Shown in pieces: positions 62,054-64,000 of a stretch of 64,000 bases of DNA. The notes below the pieces were generated by a model that made no database searches, had not been told where the DNA came from, and worked only from the letters and a program-made list of their open reading frames with translations. The stretch is from positions 59,622 to 123,621 of the IMG/VR virus record IMGVR_UViG_2974625098_000001; one strand, given 5' to 3'. The number at the start of each line of letters is the position of its first letter. The stretch's first letter is position 1. The DNA is from a virus (lineage: Duplodnaviria > Heunggongvirae > Uroviricota > Caudoviricetes). Position numbers and translations under genes: made by a program.

Positions 62054-62293
62054 GTGAGTGAAATTCAGGCAATGGACCCTATGGCTTACCGGTTGCTCGC
62101 AATTCGGCGCGGGCTCATTCTCAAGATTGACACGGGAATGGAACTCACCCGTACGGCAACGTCCCTGTCTGTCGCACGGCGCGACGGATTGACAGACAAG
62201 CGAACCAATCGGGGAGCGCTAAAGGACGTGAACGCGTTTCTTGAGACGCACGGCGTACCGGCCGCATGGTCGCGTACTTACCCGAACGGCTGA
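62054..62293 (+). CDS. hypothetical protein
   Basis: track ORF (GTG); alternative ATG at 62072. Confidence 0.45.
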   Translation: MSEIQAMDPMAYRLLAIRRGLILKIDTGMELTRTATSLSVARRDGLTDKRTNRGALKDVNAFLETHGVPAAWSRTYPNG

Positions 62294-62294
62294 C

Positions 62295-62390
62295 AGGCTT
62301 TAGGCAAAGCCTATGCGGCCCGGATATTCCGGGCCGTGTGGAATGCGCCTAACACCTAAGCGCAGACACATAGCTGAAAGGCAAAACCCA
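62295..62390 (+). repeat. structured intergenic repeat, copy 3 of 3
   Basis: same flanks; hairpin GGCCCGGATATTCCGGGCC. Confidence 0.5.
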
Positions 62391-62558
62391 TGAACATTCG
62401 CACCGTTTCCGTCAACGGCCGTACCGGTATCGTCGTTGGCACGCGTACCAACAAGGCGGGCGACGTGACGCGCGGCATTCTGTGGGATGACGCGGACGTT
62501 ATCGGCTGGATTCCGGCCGGTTCGATTGACTCCGCCGTTTCGCTTGCCAAGCGCTGAA
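62391..62558 (+). CDS. 55-aa protein
   Basis: RBS TGAAAGGCAAAACCC then ATG; MNIRTVSVNGRTGIVVGTRTNKAGDVTRGILWDD; antisense track ORFs here look spurious. Confidence 0.4.
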
Positions 62559-62685
62559 ACAAAGCGCGCTACAAAAAATCGCTGTGTGGCCGCTAGGGAC
62601 ACTCTCTAGCGGCCCATGGGCAATGAGTCCAACCAACTAGCCAAACGCGCTCACACGGGCGCACAGACACTCTCTAGGGGAAGCT

Positions 62686-62958
62686 ATGCAGCGCATCACG
62701 GTTGACAACGTTCGGAACGCGTTCGCCCGGTACGTGCGAGCGTGTGAGGCATGGGGGTATGACGTGACCGGATGGCAGATGAGTGAAGGGGAGTACGGCG
62801 CAGCGTGGCGCGTAGGCGTCAAGGGGAACGGTTCCGCTCGAAAGCTTCCGGGCGTGGACGATTACGGGATTGTCGGTTACTCCCGTAGGGAGGTTTACGA
62901 AATGCTGCACACCATTTCGCGCACGCTGGAAGATGTGCCGATTGGTGGCGTTAAGTAA
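62686..62958 (+). CDS. hypothetical protein
   Basis: track ORF; RBS CTAGGGGAAGCT. Confidence 0.5.
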   Translation: MQRITVDNVRNAFARYVRACEAWGYDVTGWQMSEGEYGAAWRVGVKGNGSARKLPGVDDYGIVGYSRREVYEMLHTISRTLEDVPIGGVK

Positions 62959-62971
62959 ATCCGGCTGAGTT

Positions 62972-63013
62972 TAGGGATAGCCATTCTCTCGAAAAAGGGA
63001 ATGGCTATCCCTA
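62972..63013 (+). terminator. 15-bp perfect hairpin (possible terminator or processing site)
   Basis: TAGGGATAGCCATTC-loop-GAATGGCTATCCCTA; no U tract. Confidence 0.4.
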
Positions 63014-63046
63014 TGTCCAATCGGGTTAGGCGAGAAAGGCACAAAA

Positions 63047-63526
63047 GTGATTGGCAACAAAACCGAAGCTTCCGAAATTCTCGCCGCTCACAAGAAAGGC
63101 GATATTCCGGCCGGTTGGGAACTTATCGGTAAGGGTGGTTACCGGTACGCGTACCTTTCCCCTACGGGAGTTGTGTACAAAATCGAAAGGGGAAGGAAGG
63201 GACAGAGCAACCGGGGTGAATTCGAGCGCGCGTCAGAATTGCGTATCTCGGATGCGGCGAAAGCTGCCAACGTCTACATTCCGCGTGTGTGGCTTTACAC
63301 CATTCGGAAGACTGACGTTATCGCAATGGAATACGTCAAGGGTGAGTATTCGTCTCCGCTCCATTGCCTTGACGATTGCGACTGTGGGGAGCGTTTCAAC
63401 GGAACGTGCGCTAGCTCGCAATTTCTGAATCTCGAAAGCAAGTTGGGAATGCGTGATATCACGTCACGCAATGCGGTTTTCATTCCCGCGCAAAAGCGTT
63501 GGGCACTGATTGATTTGGGGGCCTGA
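63047..63526 (+). CDS. protein kinase-like domain protein (paralog B)
   Basis: GKGGYRYAYLSPTGVVYKIE, DITSRNAVF, ALIDLGA; similar to ORF 51041. Confidence 0.45.
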   Translation: MIGNKTEASEILAAHKKGDIPAGWELIGKGGYRYAYLSPTGVVYKIERGRKGQSNRGEFERASELRISDAAKAANVYIPRVWLYTIRKTDVIAMEYVKGEYSSPLHCLDDCDCGERFNGTCASSQFLNLESKLGMRDITSRNAVFIPAQKRWALIDLGA

Positions 63527-63527
63527 A

Positions 63528-63686
63528 ATGGAAAAGCTCGAAGAATTCGCCGCGCGACTGGAAATGGAACAAGCGCGACGGGATTACCGGGGTACGTGGT
63601 CAAGCTTCGACCGACACGCGGAATCGTCGGCATGGGATTACACGAATGCCTGTTACCGCGTATGGGCATACGAAACGAACCGATAA
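63528..63686 (+). CDS. 52-aa protein
   Basis: ATGA overlap with previous stop; below track cutoff. Confidence 0.3.
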   Translation: MEKLEEFAARLEMEQARRDYRGTWSSFDRHAESSAWDYTNACYRVWAYETNR

Positions 63687-63795
63687 TGCCCTAGCGCATT
63701 TAGGGGCGGGCACGTTGTGCCCGTTCCCTATGTCCGCTAGGACAACGGAAAAGCGGCCGGATATCCGCTTAAGCTCTCGGGAAAGAAGAAACACA

Positions 63796-64000
63796 ATGTT
63801 GGTTGCGTCTAACGACCGTAAGGTTACGAATGCCGTTTCTCCGAACGGCAAGACTCCGAAAATCGCTAACGCGTTTGGCCTGCCCGCTGGAAAGGGTTAT
63901 TCCTGCCCCGGTGCCACTAGCTTTTGTGAGCGTATCTGTTACGCCGGAAAGCTGGAAAAGGTCTATAAGGGTGTCAAGGCTGTATTGGTCCGCAACTTTC
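63796..64000 (+). CDS. 5' part of a CDS running off the window end
   Basis: RBS CGGGAAAGAAGAAACACA then ATG; open to window end. Confidence 0.45.
   Translation, partial: MLVASNDRKVTNAVSPNGKTPKIANAFGLPAGKGYSCPGATSFCERICYAGKLEKVYKGVKAVLVRNF

Noticed and set aside
62300-62602. Minus-strand ORFs 62300-62602 and 62356-62562
   Set aside because: A plus-strand 55-aa ORF with a good RBS (62391-62558) and the intergenic repeat copy explain this region better.
1-64000. Prophage integration module or structural gene block
   Set aside because: No integrase, excisionase, attachment-site repeats, portal, capsid, tail or tape-measure candidates were found. The window appears to be the early or accessory region of a virulent-type genome.

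Overview
This 64 kb window looks like a segment of a large tailed actinobacteriophage-type genome. GC is mid-50s%. Essentially every credible gene lies on the + strand, arranged as densely packed small ORFs with ATGA/TAATG overlaps, and no integrase is present. Recognisable content: terminase small and large subunits (3.1-5.5 kb) and an HNH endonuclease. After the terminase come a papain-like protease and accessory genes rather than portal or capsid genes. There is a very large tRNA island (about 29 tRNA or tRNA-like genes plus a tmRNA between 6.8-16.9 kb, with outliers at 26.1, 27.6, 28.3, 33.6 and 49.9 kb), driven by perfect TTGACA-N17/18-TACAAT promoters. Other calls include an rIIA-like GHKL ATPase with an adjacent Cys-rich-tail protein, a T4-like RNA repair set (two ATP-dependent RNA ligases plus a polynucleotide kinase-phosphatase), a macro domain and a NADAR domain protein (ADP-ribose removal), a minimal K+ channel with a TTGYGD filter, thioredoxin, an SPFH protein, three Lsr2-like proteins, a WhiB-like regulator, several nucleases and phosphoesterases, NlpC/P60 peptidases, two kinase-like paralogs and two lipoproteins. 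Non-coding organisation is the most striking part. (i) Nearly every intergenic gap between about 29 and 59 kb, and scattered sites elsewhere (about 48 in all), carries a GC-rich tetraloop hairpin followed immediately by CAAGCT(T/C), 15-35 nt before the next start codon. (ii) A second bipartite motif, AAAATCCGTGAGATTTT-N16-TTCGTAAAGGG, occurs 6 times plus 2 half-sites. (iii) A roughly 1 kb gene-free block at 59.55-60.56 kb carries a cluster of DnaA boxes (TTATCCACA x4), CGGACAT iterons and AT-rich 21-nt repeats, i.e. a candidate replication origin. (iv) A 90-nt structured intergenic repeat occurs three times at 61.5-62.4 kb. Coordinates I derived by hand (tRNAs, motifs, small ORFs) may be off by 1-2 nt. 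Coordinates taken from the ORF track are exact.
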